Source: Octopus sinensis
Lineage: Eukaryota
Length of the DNA: 64,000 nt
Reading direction: 5' to 3'
Assembly (NCBI RefSeq): GCF_006345805.1
Contig: NC_043010.1
Location: forward strand, 16,740,001-16,804,000
How positions within the stretch are numbered: position 1 is the stretch's first letter; every line of letters begins with the position of its first letter. Below the pieces are notes generated by a model that was not told where the DNA came from, did not search any database, and saw only the letters and a list, made by a program, of their open reading frames with translations. The position numbers were made by a program, and so were the translations under genes. Below, in pieces: positions 49,582-61,078 of the stretch.

Positions 49582-50953
49582 ACAAGATGGTATAAAAAAA
49601 GTTCCTGGACTAGTTCTGAAGCGTGCCAACAGATGGCAGCACACAGTGGCATGTGCAGTGAGAACTAGCAGTGACCCTCGTGAGGCAGTGTGCCAAGTGA
49701 GATCACTGTGATCACGTGGCAAGTTGTGAAATTAGGGTTTTTGTGACCCTGTGTGTCTGCTGTGGTCTGTGATTTTGTCATTGAAAAGAACAAAAGCCAA
49801 CATGAAGTTTTGCATTAAACTTAGGAAGTCTGCTACAGAGACACTGAGCATGCTTTGGCAAGCTTAGGGTGACCAGGCAATGGGTCATCTGCAATGTTTC
49901 GAGTGGCACAGGTGCTTCAAAAGGCACAACAGAGTCGTAGCTCTATCAAGAGTATGCTCATCATTTTTTTTATATCATCCATGGGATGAGGTGGTGAAGC
50001 ATGACCTTCGAACGTTGGACCTCACAGAGGAAATCACGAAAGACAGTGACCTCTGGAGATATGCTGTGACTGAGAAGACCCAGTAAATAAAGTGAGATCA
50101 CAGCTGTAACCTACACCAGTGTGGCATAACCAGCCAACTCAAAAAGTACCCTTGGATTGTAGGGTGACATGCTGTGCTTAAGGAGCCGTATTGAGTCAAG
50201 TACATCAACATCAAAATAAAATCAAGTTACAATCAAATGGAAATTGTAGTTGTGGACCCCGTGATGGTGGCATGTAAAAAGCACCATCCGAACATGGCCG
50301 ATGCCAGCCCCTTTTGACCCCTGTGCCGATGGCATATAAAAAGCACCCACTACACTTTCAGAGTGTAGTGGGTGTTAAGAATAGCATCAAGCTGTAGAAA
50401 CATTGCCAGATCAGACTGGAGCCTGGTGCAGCCTCCTGGCTTTCCAGACCCCAGTCGAATCATCCAACCCATGCTAGCATGGAAAACAGACGTTAAACGA
50501 TGATGATGATGATGATGATGGTATTGTGCATCGAGAATTCTACTGCAATGTTTTGGAGCATTTGAGGGAGGACATTTAACAAAAGGGACCAAATCTGAGG
50601 AGCACGAAGAATTGGGTTCTTCACAATGACAATGCGGCCCATCACTGAGCTCTCCCCACATGATCATTCCCGCACCTGTCCTATTCACCAGATTTACCAC
50701 CTGCAGATGACTTCCATCTCTTCTCCAAGATGAAAACGCAGCTCAAAAGTTCTGCTTTATGTTGAGATTAAGAATGACTCGCAGAAGGCCCTCGACTCAC
50801 TTACGGAAAATTACTTCCGGGCTGGATTCCAAAAGTGGCAGGAATGCTGAGACAAGGTGACTATTTCAAAGGAGATTATATTAAAACTTAGGTAATAAGT
50901 TAATTTCTTTATTAAACATAACTAGTCCCGGAACTTTTTGATACCACCACGTA
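49582..50953 (+). mobile_element. Mariner transposon (deleted, both TIRs) interrupted by an RTE 3' end
   Basis: TIRs ...ggtataaaaaaagttcctggactagtt / aactagtcccggaactttttgataccaccacgTA. N-terminal MKFCIKLRKSATETLSML...QCFEWHRCFK; C-terminal LHNDNA...PYSPDLPP..F.LFSKMK. Confidence 0.85.
49978..50520 (+). mobile_element. 5'-truncated RTE 3' end nested in the mariner
   Basis: WDEVVKHDLRTLDLTEEITKDSDLWRYAVTEKT*, followed by the complete 3'UTR and a (GAT)n tail. Confidence 0.9.
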
Positions 50954-51038
50954 AGATTCATGGTATGCATGAGGGTCTGTATATACAGAGGGAAAAACTG
51001 GATATCAGCTGGTTACATTTCTTGCTAATAACCTTTAC

Positions 51039-51156
51039 CTGTTTTTCCAGCAAGGCACTTTTTGCCCCTGACATCTTTGAAAGTATAGAGCTACCGGATA
51101 ATTTGTTGATATGAATAATATGGAATGTCAGCATTTGTAACTCAACACTTTTTATA
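51039..51156 (-). other. Candidate exon (possible start exon MSGAKSALLEKQ), unassigned
   Basis: Acceptor tttcttacatAG, open frame, strong donor CAG|GTAAAG; no protein family recognised. Confidence 0.25.
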
Positions 51157-52519
51157 CTATGTAAGAAATCTAAATATTCCATCCTGGTCCACACACACAC
51201 ACACAACTTGTCTCCATACAGTTTCTCTCTAGCAATTTCCCTCATAACCGTTATTTGCCCAAAGTATCAAGCAATAAGATTGAACTCAAGACCACATCGT
51301 AATAAAGCAAGCTCTGTGCTTACACATCAATGCCCGATAATACTTGACCCAGAGGAATAGCTATGGTCAAACATAGCCAATCCCTGCCAGAGTGGAAAAA
51401 CATCAGTCTTGATGCTGCTGCTGCTGATGATGATGGTTATGATGGTGATGATGATGAGGGTGATGAAGATGATGATGATACTTTTTAGAGTTTTACTGAT
51501 TGAATCACAAAAGAGGAATGAAAGACGTGTGTGTGTGTGTGTGCGCATATTTGTATGCGCTTGTACATATATTTGGATATACATTTTCCTAGTTTTGTTT
51601 ATATGAAAACACACACATTTGTGTGTACAGATATGTATACGCAGACACACATACGCAAACATTTGAGGGTGTATATCTATAGCCATATATCTAATTACCT
51701 TTGCTCAATACATACATATTCACAGCCATACATACGCACTAACTTATGCATCTATTCACACAAGAACAGCCATAATTATGGGTATGGAAAAGTAAATATA
51801 ACTGTACATCTCTACATCTTCCTCAACGCACTTTCTTACATAAGACACAGACACACACATGCACGTGAACACACACACACACACACACACATAATATATA
51901 CATCAATGCACATACACAAACATACACAAATGCAGGCCTACATGCACTGATCATATCCTTAAGAAAGGCATGAATACTACAACCTCCACGTCTCCCTCAC
52001 CCTGAACCCTGTAAGGCGTGATCACTCAATATTAATGAAGGGACAATTAATTAATTCTATTGACTGAATTAACATCTGAGATAATTAAATATATATTTTT
52101 GCACATATTGGTTAATTTGGCACAGAAGCAAGTTTTGTAGTACAGCAATAATGAATCGACTTGACTCCTGACCCCAGTATATTGATGGTATATATTTTAT
52201 AAACCTAAATGAGATGAAAGGGAGGTCAACAGCAACGAAACTTGAACCCCAAGATATTAATGGCCACAAGTCTAACAGCAAGGCTTTTAATCTTAGAAGA
52301 AATTTTGATGTAAGAAGTTGAAATTGTTGTGAAGAAGTTTTGTGTCTAATTTCTGGTTTTGTCCTTTGTCTGAGGACAAAGAAAGAAGGAAACAAACATG
52401 GGACATGCCCCAGCTGTAAGCAAGAGCCCTTCACCAACTTAACGGTTGTTCTTTTTCCCTTTTCGTCAATCAATTCAATTGATTGCTTCTAATATGCAGT
52501 GTTTATAATGTTGTCAGGT

Positions 52520-52930
52520 TCACGCATGGCTGTGTGGTTAAAAAGTTTAATTCACAACCAGAAGGATTCTTGTTCAACTTCATTCTTATTTCTTTATTGC
52601 CCACAAGGGGCTAAACATAGAGGGGACAAACAAGGACAGACAAAGGGATTAAGTCGATCACATCGACCCCAGTGCGTAACTGGTACTTAATTTATCGACC
52701 CCGAAAGGATGAAAGGTAAAGTCGACCTCGGCGGAATTTGAAATCAGAACGTAGCAGCAGACGAAATACCACTAAGCATTTCGCCTGGCGCACTAACGTT
52801 TCTGCCAGCTCGCCGCCTTTATTCATTCTGTTCAATTTCATTCTGTGGCACCTTGGGCAAATGTCATGTCTTCTGGTGCCTTGGCTACACATGTCTTGTA
52901 AATGAAATTCAGTGAACAAAAATTAGATGG
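52520..52930 (+). mobile_element. CORE-type SINE split by a second SINE
   Basis: Head catggctgtgtggttaa... at ~52523; the body resumes at ~52838 with ctgtggcaccttgggcaaatgtc. Confidence 0.7.
52597..52817 (-). mobile_element. Well-preserved tRNA-derived SINE with a Deu/Nin-like domain
   Basis: Reverse complement: ggcggcgagctggcagaaacgttag...gttctgatttcaaattccgccgaggtcgactttacctttcatcctttcggggtcgataaattaagtaccag; most CpGs are retained. Confidence 0.85.
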
Positions 52931-53869
52931 AAATTATTGGATATATATGCATATGTATGTGTATGTATGTGTATGCGTATGCATGCATGTGTATGCGTTT
53001 GTATCTTTACATTTACATCCCTTGGGCAGCAGTGATGTGTGTTTGCGACATCTTGTGTAATCTGGCAGCCCAGGGATTCAACAGGTGAAAAAGAACAGAA
53101 TAAAGTAAAAGGCTGGCATCAAGAAAGGCGTCCAGCCATAGAAGACTGCTTCAACAAGTTTTAAACCCCCCACCCCACCCCAGACCTATGTTCAGAGGCA
53201 TTCCAGATATGACCAGCCCATCTGTTTATATATTTATGCTGACATTTTGATAGGTGTTATATTATTTTGGTCATTTTTACTTGGGAAAACGTTTCCATAA
53301 GATTAATAGATATATTTCTTGCCGATTTTCCAGATCCTTTGATTTCGTGTTGGAGAAATGATGATTGCATGGCATCTGTTCGTTTCTGAATATCAGCAGA
53401 GAACAATGAAACGGCTGAAGATGGAGATTAAAACTGGTTTCTAAAATTGGTGCACTAGGACTTACATAGCTCAGATTCAAATTTCTTTTGACCAGACACA
53501 CTGTTTGGTAGTGCTATTTAAATTCTAATGAGGCTAACGAGATGAAAGGCAGAGATAACTTGGAACTTTTTAAATGAGGTGTTACAAAGAAAATAGTAAA
53601 AAAAAAAAAAACATCCAGTCCTATACATACACTCCTCTGCTTCTACCAACTCCATCAAATTAATATTGATTTCGTTTGACTTGGCACAATGCCAACTGAA
53701 ACGATGATGATGATGATGATGATGAATATAATCAATTGCATTGACACACAGAACATAAAGCCGTTGCCCTCCCCCTCTCAGCTACATCCCCACCCAATCG
53801 AGGGGTCTTTTTTTTTTGTCTTGTAAGTTACTTGGCAGCTTCACTGATGCCAGTGTCACAAGAATAAAA

Positions 53870-54003
53870 AAAAAAAGCACTCACTACACTCCGTAAAGTG
53901 GTTGGCGTTAAGAAGGGCATCGATCCATAGAGACGAAGAAACCAAAACAGAACAATTGGAGTTGAAGGCATTCCTGCAACTCACACCAGCATGGAAGATG
54001 GAC
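53870..54003 (+). mobile_element. RTE 3'UTR/tail repeat fragment
   Basis: aaagcactcactacactccgtaaagtggttggcgttaagaagggcatc...agcatggaagatggac. Confidence 0.7.
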
Positions 54004-54004
54004 C

Positions 54005-54239
54005 TTAACTTCTTAGCGTTTAAAGTGGCCCCCATATACACTCCAAATATTCTGCCAGTTTTCTGTTTCAAACCAGCCTGATCCAGCCTCTCACACCTAC
54101 CCTGAAATATTGTTTTAAATGTAAACAATCATGTCATGAAAATCTCAAAGCTACAAGATAATGCATGATTAAATTAAGAAATAATGTGAGTTAATAAGCA
54201 CTGCATTTGCCAAGAGTAATCTGAATGCTGAAGGATTAA
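54005..54239. mobile_element. piggyBac-type MITE, older copy in reverse orientation to 11861-12089
   Basis: TTAA-cttcttagcgtttaaa ... gaatgctgaagga-TTAA; the internal sequence is colinear with the complete copy. Confidence 0.75.
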
Positions 54240-54649
54240 ATGATGATGATGATGATGATGGTGATGATGGTGATGATGATGATGATGATGGTGAGAGTTT
54301 GTGTATATTTTATGAACTCTGTTGGGAATTGAACCTAGAACTAAGATGGATGAAACTAAAAGATATTTATAAGCAATGAATTTTAACTCCAGTTCTATGG
54401 TATTAAGAAAATGAGAAATCACTATCTCCTGGATAGGTCACCAGTAAGTATTCCAAGGTCTTGCATTCCAGATAATTAGATGAAATTAAATATATTTTGT
54501 TGTCATTTATTTTAAATTATTTCATACTGTCATGTGTATGTGTTATCATCATTATCATCATCTTCATGCTGATATGGGTTGGAACATCTTTGGACATTGT
54601 TTCCATATTTAAAGCTTCTCAAAGAAGTCTTCAAATGAATTAATTACAA

Positions 54650-54965
54650 GAATTAGAGTCAGTAACACAAAACTTGCTGTGAAAGCTCAATGTTGAACTC
54701 CTCCAGGAGAACTGTAAAGGAAAGGAGCTGAGATCTGAACCCTGATGGACACCCTGATGCAGACTGATGCCCACCCTGATGCACACCCTGTTGGACACCC
54801 TGATGCACACCTTGATGCACACCCTGATGCACACCTGCCTCATCAATCAATTCTTCACAGCTGACACATTTTACTGACCGTGTCCAAGTACATTGGTTAC
54901 ATGGCTTCCACAAACCATTCCTCTACTCACTAAAAATCGTTTTCTCAACAACCATCAGACTATAA
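54650..54965 (-). mobile_element. RTE RT-domain fragment containing an amplified 12-bp minisatellite
   Basis: Remnants resembling LRK..VEEWFVEAM..MYLDTVSK, then (GVHQ) about 8 times, then GSDLS..FTVLLEEF, matching the RT motif GVHQGSVLSPLLF. Confidence 0.8.
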
Positions 54966-56796
54966 ACAATGGCAGCCTCTCAAGATCCTTTCCCAAGTCA
55001 ACAAATTCTAGGTAAGAGATAGATGTGGTGGGTTGTTCTTGGGGAAGAATTGCTCCAGTTGTTGCTTCTCTGACAACAACCGAACACAACTCCAAACTGC
55101 ATCTCATCTGAAGACAGTTCTTTCCCTGTTATTCTGCTGCTTTTAGATCCACTTCTATTATATACAATGTAACTGTACATCTATATATTTTCATGTAGGT
55201 AAATGCCCCTGCATGTGGGGATAAACATGCATATGTTCCAGAGAGAGACCTCTGTTTCCTGCCCCCCTCCCATCCCAAATAACTCACCAAAGCCTCAGAG
55301 AACTTAATTACCATTCCTTCCAATATAACCCAATCTTTAAGGGTTATCCAAGAACACATTCTCTACTACGTCTCTCCTTTTTTAAGATGGTTAGGTGTAA
55401 TTTAAGGGAAACCTGGCTACCATTTCTAGAAGGTTGGGAGGCATGTAGCGGTTCTCTTGTTCACTCATCTCCCTTCCATATTATCTCAGTCAGCCATCTC
55501 TAGAACCAGCCAGGTCAAAATAAAACAAACATTTTATTCTCGTTATTCAGTTGTTACTTTATAATTAAGCACTTACAGATAATTTCTAATGAAATGCTAC
55601 AAGTACTTACTTCAATTAATTGATTAGTGTTTCATTTAACTTGTTTTAATTTAATAGTTTGAACTAGCTCCACCACAGGCTCTGCCTTCAAATCACATGG
55701 TTTCTGCTTCCCACTGAGCTGCAGACAGAATTTCTATATGGCTGATGAACATGCTAAAAATAGCAACCAAGTACTCACTCTTACATGATAGTCATCACAG
55801 ATCTCACTCAGGCCTAACTACACTTAACCAATCATGACTAATTAAATACAAATTTCTCCTTCGACCCCCTTCTCACCCTCTCATCTCTCCACTCCATCCC
55901 TCTTTCTCTTTCCTTCTCCCTTCTAAAAACTCTTCTTTTGCAAAAAAAAACATTTAACAGGTAATTGATAAACATGGCTTTACAGTTGACATTTGTGTGT
56001 GTGTGTGTTCATTTTAAATTGCTGAGGCTGGATGAAGGGACAGAGCTCATGGGCTTTGTAAGTTTCCAAGAGGGATGAAATTGTTGTTGTTGGTGGTGGT
56101 GTTCTATTTAAATTGTTGCAAGAAAGAGATGTGCAGTGTGGAAATTCCTGACACCCAACTGTCTGGAGACGAAGGATCGGACAGAGTTATTAGTACAGGG
56201 AAGGTGGAGGTGTCATTGGATGCATCAAGGGTGATGAGGTGTAGAGGTAAGTGGTGGTGGAAGGATGAGACCAACCAGCTTGGAGGAACAGAAACCATTA
56301 TAGCAGCAATAACGAAGACAGAGAGAAGAGAATGCCACACTGGTCTTACCATGAAATTTTTTTACATAAAAGAACCACAACTACATTATTGAAATACAAC
56401 AGGAGTCTAAAATACAATGGTATCTGACAACAAAATCAAGTGGTTAGTAATTGAATCCCTTCTTTCCTATATGAGTGACCACAAGTGGCCCCTTGGTATA
56501 TCCAAATTCTAGGAATTTCAGTTTACTTTTGGTTTTCCCCTACACACCAACCTATAAACATGTCTTTTCCAGGCTTTCCCCTTCTGTATAGACTATAACC
56601 TTTACATACTGCAATTTGTGTATATAGTCCTTGTAACAAGAGGGTTATCTGTACCACTGTTGTGCTTCTTGTGGTTTTATATAAACCTTTTATACACCCT
56701 TATCTTGCATGTTCCCTTTAAAATGATACAGACATGATAGTCCCACTTATGGTCTTTAGATAAATTTCTATCTCTCTATCTATGTATCTATATATA

Positions 56797-56859
<63 letters not shown>

Positions 56860-56929
56860 CATATATATATACATCTCTCTCTCTCTATGTATATACACAC
56901 ACGCATATGTATATTCTTATGTTCACCAG

Positions 56930-57090
56930 TCGTGACTGTATGGTAAGAAACTTGCTTCACAACCACATGGTTCCAGGTTCAGTCCCACTGTGTGGCACCT
57001 TGGGCAAGTGTCTTCTACTATAGCCATGGACTGACCAAAGACTTGTGAATAGATTTGTTGGTAAACAGAAACTAAAAAAAGCCCATCGTG
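56930..57090 (+). mobile_element. CORE-type SINE 5' part
   Basis: tggtaagaaacttgcttcacaaccacatggttccaggttcagtcccactgtgtggcaccttgggcaagtgtcttctactatagcc. Confidence 0.85.
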
Positions 57091-57098
57091 TGTGTGTG

Positions 57099-57129
<31 letters not shown>

Positions 57130-57243
57130 CTCCCTGACATTGGTCCCTATGTTATAACCACCAATAGTCACACAAAAAATTCTCGTAAACATGCACAGGT
57201 GTACAGAAACATGAGTTTGTATGTCACATACCCACACACACAG

Positions 57244-57275
<32 letters not shown>

Positions 57276-58086
57276 TGCTGAGGAAATTTTGTTGCTTTTT
57301 TTTTTTTACATTGTTACCTTCCCCACCCCATCCTCTTGACTAGTTTGTAATTTCGGTTTCAGTTTTTGAAAGAATCTTCAAATATATTTCTTAAAGAGAT
57401 TTTCTTGAAATAATTTAGAAAATATAGAGTAAAGAAAAAGAACAACATAGACAAAAAAAAACAAAAAAAAACAACAAAAGTGTAATAGAAACCTCGTTAA
57501 TTAAATAATAATAATATGGCTGAGATTATGTTTTGTGAACTTACTGATGTCAATACGTATTACTGTTCAGACAGGATCAATACAATAAAATGAAAGATGT
57601 TCCTTGATAGATTTCTTACCTGTAATATAAAGAAAAGATATTTAATTATCAGATCAAATTTTACAGACATATCAACATATAATTAACATACTTATTAATA
57701 TTAATTGGAGTTGTGCACAAATTGATACACTGAACATTGTATGTATGATGTACGCATGCACACACACACACACACACACAGAAACAGCATCTTTGGCAGT
57801 GAAAATGAGTTTTGTATCCAGTGACTATTTAGGACACTTTCATATATACATTTATATATATATACATATATATACAAACCTACATATATATACATACCTA
57901 CATATATATGCATACCTACATACATTCATATACATACATACATACATATACATACATACTACATACATACATATACATATACATACATACATACATACAC
58001 ATATACATACATATACATACATACATATACATACATACATATATACATACATACACATACATACATACATATATACATACATACAC

Positions 58087-58155
<69 letters not shown>

Positions 58156-58184
58156 TATATATATAAATACACAAGTAAAATTAA

Positions 58185-58412
58185 TTGTTGCCAGGCCCCC
58201 CTGACTGGCTCTTGTGCCGGTGGCATGTAAAAAGCACCCACTACACTCTCGGAGTGGTTGGCATTAGGAAGGACATCCAGCTGTAGAAACTTTGCCAGAT
58301 CAGATTTGAGCCTGGTGCAGCCACTGGCTCTCCAGACCTCAGTCAAACCGTCCAGCCCATGCCAGCAGGGAAAACGGACATTAATCAATGAAGACGACGA
58401 TGATGATGATGA
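58185..58412 (+). mobile_element. RTE 3'UTR/tail repeat
   Basis: gtggcatgtaaaaagcacccactacactctcggagtggttggcattaggaaggacatccagctgtagaaac...gacgatgatgatgat. Confidence 0.85.
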
Positions 58413-58452
58413 CGATATATATATAGGCATGAAATTGCATTTGACCCTCTGG

Positions 58453-58680
58453 CTGATAACTGATGAGGAGTTATCTCTCTCTCATATATATATATATATA
58501 AACATGGGAAGGTAGGTGGGTGTACGGAGTGAGCAAGGTGATCCTGCTGTAGGTCAGCTAGTCTACTAATAGGCCAACTGACCTAATGAAACTCTCACTT
58601 AGCCCTCTCGGCATGTTAGGTGGTTTGTGTTGGTTAAACTGAAGAATTATATAATCCAGCGAAAGTCAGGCTTTATCTTT
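58453..58680 (+). ncRNA. Cluster of three damaged hammerhead-like remnants
   Basis: gataa CTGATGAG gag ttatc (interior missing); CTGCTG plus 16-bp hairpin taggtcag..ctgaccta plus GAAAC; CTGAAGA attatataatccagc GAAAG. Confidence 0.4.
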
Positions 58681-58879
58681 TCTGAAGCAGAGAGTGGGTG
58701 AGCGGAGGGAGGGAGAGGAGTGAGATTAGCGGATTAAGTAATTGGCTGTAAACGAAGTCAATAACTACAAGTAACCCCACCTACTATGTGCACTATGTAA
58801 TATAATCCTAGTGTGTATTTGTGTGTGTGTATGTGTGTGTGTGTGTGTGTGTACAACATCAACAACAACAATAATAATA

Positions 58880-59305
58880 CTAATCTTTTCTACTATAAGT
58901 ACAAGATCTGAAGTATTAAGGGACAAGCCGAGTCAATTACATTGACCCCAGTACCTGTTTTATTGACCCCCAAATGGAATTTGAACTCAGAACATAAAGA
59001 CAGACGAAATGCTGCTCAGGAAAAGTGCTGACCATTTTGACCAGTGTCATATAGATTCTGCCAGCTCACTGCAACAACAACAACAATAAAAATAATGGTT
59101 TCAAATTTTGGCACAAGGCCAGCAATTTTGGGGGATGGGGTAAACCAATTGTACTGACTCCAGTGTTCAACTGGTACATATCTTATTGATCCCGAAAGGA
59201 TGAAAGGCAAAGTCAACCTTGACAGAATTTGAACTCTGAACGTGGAGACAGACAAAATGCCATTTGGCATTTTGCTCAACATGCTAACGATTCTGCCAAC
59301 TCACT
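58880..59305 (-). mobile_element. Two tandem Deu/Nin-like SINE copies (~58880-59070 and ~59095-59305)
   Basis: gatcccgaaaggatgaaaggcaaagtcaaccttgacagaatttgaactctgaacg...gctaacgattctgccaactcac. Confidence 0.75.
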
Positions 59306-59334
59306 ACCTTGTTGTTGATGATGATGATGATGAT

Positions 59335-59555
59335 GATAAGAAGAAGACGAAGAAGGAGGAGGGGAAGAAGATGATGAAGGAGGAGGAGGGGAAGAATAAG
59401 GCAAAGGGGGAGATGGGGAAGAAGAAGAAGACAAAGGAGGAGGAGGAAGGGAAGAAGACAAAGAAGGAGGAGGAGGGGAAGAAGGAGAAGACGAAGGAGG
59501 AGGGGAAGAAGAAGAAGACGAAGAAGGAGTAGGAGGGGAAGAAGAAGAAGAAAAT
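59335..59555. repeat. (GAA/GAG)n purine-rich low-complexity tract
   Basis: Read directly; it explains the K/E-rich ORF 59242..59532. Confidence 0.95.
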
Positions 59556-60264
59556 GCGTTAGGAGTAGTAAAAACGATTTGAGAAATTTGCTGGAGAAGT
59601 TGGGATTTGCTATGAGGTTAGAAGATGGTAAGGAAAGAGCTTGATTGAAGACAGCGAGTGGGTTGAGATTGGTATTTGGATGGTAAATATTGTGGAACCT
59701 TGACAAAAGGTTTGTTGTCTGCTCTTAGGGAATTAGCTGGATCAAAACGAATCAAGAGCTCTAAGAGGAGAAATGTGCAACAACAACAACAACAATAATG
59801 TTTTCTTTATCAGCCACAACGTGTTTCACAGATTATGTGAGAATATTTTTTTTTTTATAAAGGAGAATTTATGCTAAAATAGATGTATTGTGTTACAAAG
59901 AGTTTCCATGAAATAGGAAGGGACCAATAGACATGACATTGAGTAGAAGGGATTCTTTTATCTTGTTGGGAACAACCTCTCTGGTGTCACATCTGATAAA
60001 AGTTTACCCCATTTTTGCCATACAGTGACCCCTGATAGGGGTCCCTTCTATCAGCAAGCTCTTTAGCAAAAGTAACAGTTCACCCAACAACAACACACAG
60101 CTGGGTTTTTGTCTCTGTTAACCCTACAAACCAAATGATGGGGACCTCAGGGCCTGGTAAAATAGAGTCACTTTGCAACATAGAAAAATGGATGCAAAGA
60201 AATGATGATAAAACACATACACACGTGCACGAGCATGCGCACATACATGCACACACACATACAC

Positions 60265-60425
60265 ACAACAGGTTTCTTTCAGTTTCCATCTACCAAATCC
60301 ATTCACAAGGCTTTGGTCAGTCTGAGACTATAGCAGAAGACACTCGCCCAAGGTGCCATGCAGTGGGACTGAACCCAGAACCATGTGGTTGGTAAGCAAG
60401 CTTCTTACCACACAGCCACACCTGC
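60265..60425 (-). mobile_element. CORE-type SINE 5' part
   Basis: ttcagtttccatctaccaaatccattcacaaggctttggtc...cccaaggtgccatgcagtgggactgaaccc...cttcttaccacacagccac. Confidence 0.9.
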
Positions 60426-60504
60426 ACCTATATATATATATATATAGGAAAAATAGAAAAAAAGAGACAAATGCTCGAGATGTTATTAAATCATTTACAT
60501 CTTC

Positions 60505-60590
60505 GTATCTCCTACATATGTTTCGATAGATACATCCAACAGGATGAATAATATGGAGCAATGCATCAATCTCTTCAGGGAGGATATAAA
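60505..60590 (-). ncRNA. Minimal type-I hammerhead ribozyme motif (left arm)
   Basis: Minus strand: ctcc CTGAAGAG attgatgcat...atgtatctatc GAAAC atat GTA ggag. Stem I (ctcc/ggag) is intact and stem III is the palindrome acatatgt. Confidence 0.75.
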
Positions 60591-60654
60591 TAACAGTGCT
60601 CATCAAGTAGACAGATATATCTGTTAAAATGTCTACTTGATGAGCACTGTTATT

Positions 60655-60740
60655 TATATCCTCCCTGAAGAGATTGATGCATTGCTCCATATTATCCATC
60701 CTGTTGGATGTATCCATCGAAACATATGTCAATGATATGA
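60655..60740 (+). ncRNA. Minimal type-I hammerhead ribozyme motif (right arm)
   Basis: CTGAAGAG at 60665-60672, stem II, GAAAC 60719-60723, loop atat, GTC 60728-60730; stem I is disrupted (aatg instead of ggag). Confidence 0.7.
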
Positions 60741-60942
60741 AGATGTAAATTATTTAATAACATCTTGAGTGTTTGTCTCCCTTTTCTATTTTTCCTATTT
60801 TTCTCCTAAATATATCCTGCTTATCCCTGGATTCAGATCACACACAAGTGTGTCCATTGTTTCCTAGGAAACTTAAGCAACATTTAGCCACCTTGTAATT
60901 ATTCCCTCAGATCCTTCCTATAGATTGTACACTCCTATATAT

Positions 60943-60981
<39 letters not shown>

Positions 60982-61043
60982 TACAAACACACATAAATAT
61001 ACACACATATTTATTTACACATTATATATACTTTGCCCCCTCC

Positions 61044-61078
<35 letters not shown>

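Larger units (their letters stand above)
60444..60798. repeat. ~355-bp near-perfect palindrome (arms ~170 bp, 16-nt spacer 60614-60629)
   Basis: The right arm is the reverse complement of the left arm; the inner ~66 bp are identical. Confidence 0.95.

Noticed and set aside
56075-56392. 105-aa ORF with signal-peptide-like start MKLLLLVVVFYL
   Set aside because: The hydrophobic start is encoded by a (GTT/GGT)n repeat and the remainder has no recognisable motif.
59242-59532. K/E-rich 96-aa ORF
   Set aside because: Its start lies inside a reverse-oriented SINE and the rest is (GAT)n plus (GAA/GAG)n.
42156-60798. Regularly repeated or palindromic segments as a CRISPR array, or SINE heads as tRNA genes
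   Set aside because: This is a eukaryotic context with no repeat-spacer alternation, and the tRNA-like heads lack a full cloverleaf and continue into SINE bodies.
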